Of a DNA stretch of 64,000 nt, positions 62,971 through 64,000 are shown piece after piece; position 1 is the first letter of the stretch, and the number at the start of each line of letters is the position of its first letter. The notes under the pieces are model-generated. The model had not been told where the DNA came from. It did not search any database and saw only the letters and a list, made by a program, of their open reading frames with translations. Made by a program: the position numbers and the translations under genes. Origin of the DNA: an uncultured Gemmatimonadales bacterium (lineage in GTDB: Bacteria; Gemmatimonadota; Gemmatimonadetes; Longimicrobiales; Longimicrobiaceae); the NCBI GenBank assembly GCA_963716255.1, contig OY970303.1:8000001-8064000 (forward strand). The letters run 5' to 3'.

Positions 62971-64000
62971 GCGCAGCGGGCGCGACCGCGCGGCGTGGGA
63001 CTTCATCCGCTACGCCGGCGTGTGGGAGGACGCGGACCTGCTCTGCGAGGCGCTGGCCCCCGCGGCGGCCGGCGGGCGCCTGCTCTCGGTGGCCTCGGCG
63101 GGGGACAACGCGCTCGCGCTGCTGACGCTGGACCCGGCGGAGGTGGTGGCGGTGGACCTGAACCCCGCGCAGCTGGCCTGCGTGGAGCTGCGCATGGCCG
63201 CCTTCCGCCGCCTGGAGCACGCGGACGTCCTCGCCTTCCTGGGCGTGGCGGAGTCCGGCGGGCGCGCGGACACGTACCGCCGCCTCCGCGGCTACCTTTC
63301 GCCCGGCGCGCGCGACTTCTGGGACGCGCACCCGGAGACGGTGGCGGGCGGCGTGGTGCACGCGGGCAAGTTCGAGCGCTACCTGCGCTCCTTCCGCCGC
63401 TTCGTGCTGCCGCTGGTGCACTCCGGGCGCACCATCCAGGCGCTGCGCGCGCCGCGCACGACCGAGGAGCAGCGCGCCTTCTACGCGCGCGAGTGGGACA
63501 CCTGGCGCTGGCGGGGGATGTTCCGGCTGTTCTTCAGCCGCGCGGTGATGGGGCGGCTGGGGCGCGACCCGGCGCTCTTCGACCACGTGGGCGGCGTGTC
63601 CACCGGCGACCGGATCCTGGCGCGCACCCGCTACGCGCTGACCGAGCTGCCGGTGCGCTCCAACCCGTACTGCGCCTACATCATGACGGGGACGTACCCG
63701 CCGGAGGCGCTGCCGCGCTACCTGCGCCCGGAGCACTTCGACGCCATCCGCGCCCGGCTGGACCGCGTGCGCCCGGTGCTCGGCGGCGTGGAGACCACGG
63801 AAGGCCCCTTCCACGGCTTCAACCTGTCGGACGTGTTCGAGTACATGGACGGCGCCGAGCACGCTCGCGTCTACGCCGCGCTGGTGGACCGCGCGGCGCC
63901 CGGCGCGCGCCTGGCCTACTGGAACATGATGGCCCGCCGCGCCCGCCCCGACGCGGAGGCCGGCCGCGTGCGCCGCCTGGAAGCGGAGGCGAAAGCGCTG
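62960..64000 (+). CDS. DUF3419/BtaA-like SAM-dependent enzyme, 3'-truncated by window edge
   Basis: IRYAGVWEDAD, SVASAGDN, VDLNPAQ, GKFERY, NLSDVFEYM; open to window end (not in ORF track). Confidence 0.85.
   Translation, partial: MAAERSGRDRAAWDFIRYAGVWEDADLLCEALAPAAAGGRLLSVASAGDNALALLTLDPAEVVAVDLNPAQLACVELRMAAFRRLEHADVLAFLGVAESGGRADTYRRLRGYLSPGARDFWDAHPETVAGGVVHAGKFERYLRSFRRFVLPLVHSGRTIQALRAPRTTEEQRAFYAREWDTWRWRGMFRLFFSRAVMGRLGRDPALFDHVGGVSTGDRILARTRYALTELPVRSNPYCAYIMTGTYPPEALPRYLRPEHFDAIRARLDRVRPVLGGVETTEGPFHGFNLSDVFEYMDGAEHARVYAALVDRAAPGARLAYWNMMARRARPDAEAGRVRRLEAEAKAL

Overview
High-GC bacterial chromosome segment; gene content and order suggest Gemmatimonadota (Longimicrobium-like), which is an inference. 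The backbone is housekeeping: aroA-cmk fusion, rpsA, scattered propionyl-CoA carboxylase and methylmalonyl-CoA mutase genes, argS, purM, ribD-ribE-ribBA-ribH-nusB, hprK with a mannose-class PTS plus HPr and EI, metK, recO, dusB, larB and tmRNA. Accessory genes are interspersed. The main signals are: (1) a tightly coupled operon at the right end (class I HMG-CoA reductase-like, UbiA-like membrane protein, rifampin-phosphotransferase/PEP-synthase-like kinase, BtaA/DUF3419-like SAM enzyme) that looks like an uncharacterised prenyl/amino-lipid pathway; (2) a ~130-nt multi-stem repeat with compensatory base changes, present as six full copies plus derivatives and reminiscent of the Flavo-1 motif; (3) two cassettes pairing a secreted Cys-rich small protein with a 6-bladed beta-propeller, behind similar promoters; (4) tandem zinc-finger paralogs with a divergent core; (5) a homopolymer frameshift in ribD; (6) a hybrid kinase whose receiver Asp is replaced by Asn. 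No CRISPR array, integrase, transposase, rRNA or tRNA gene was seen.
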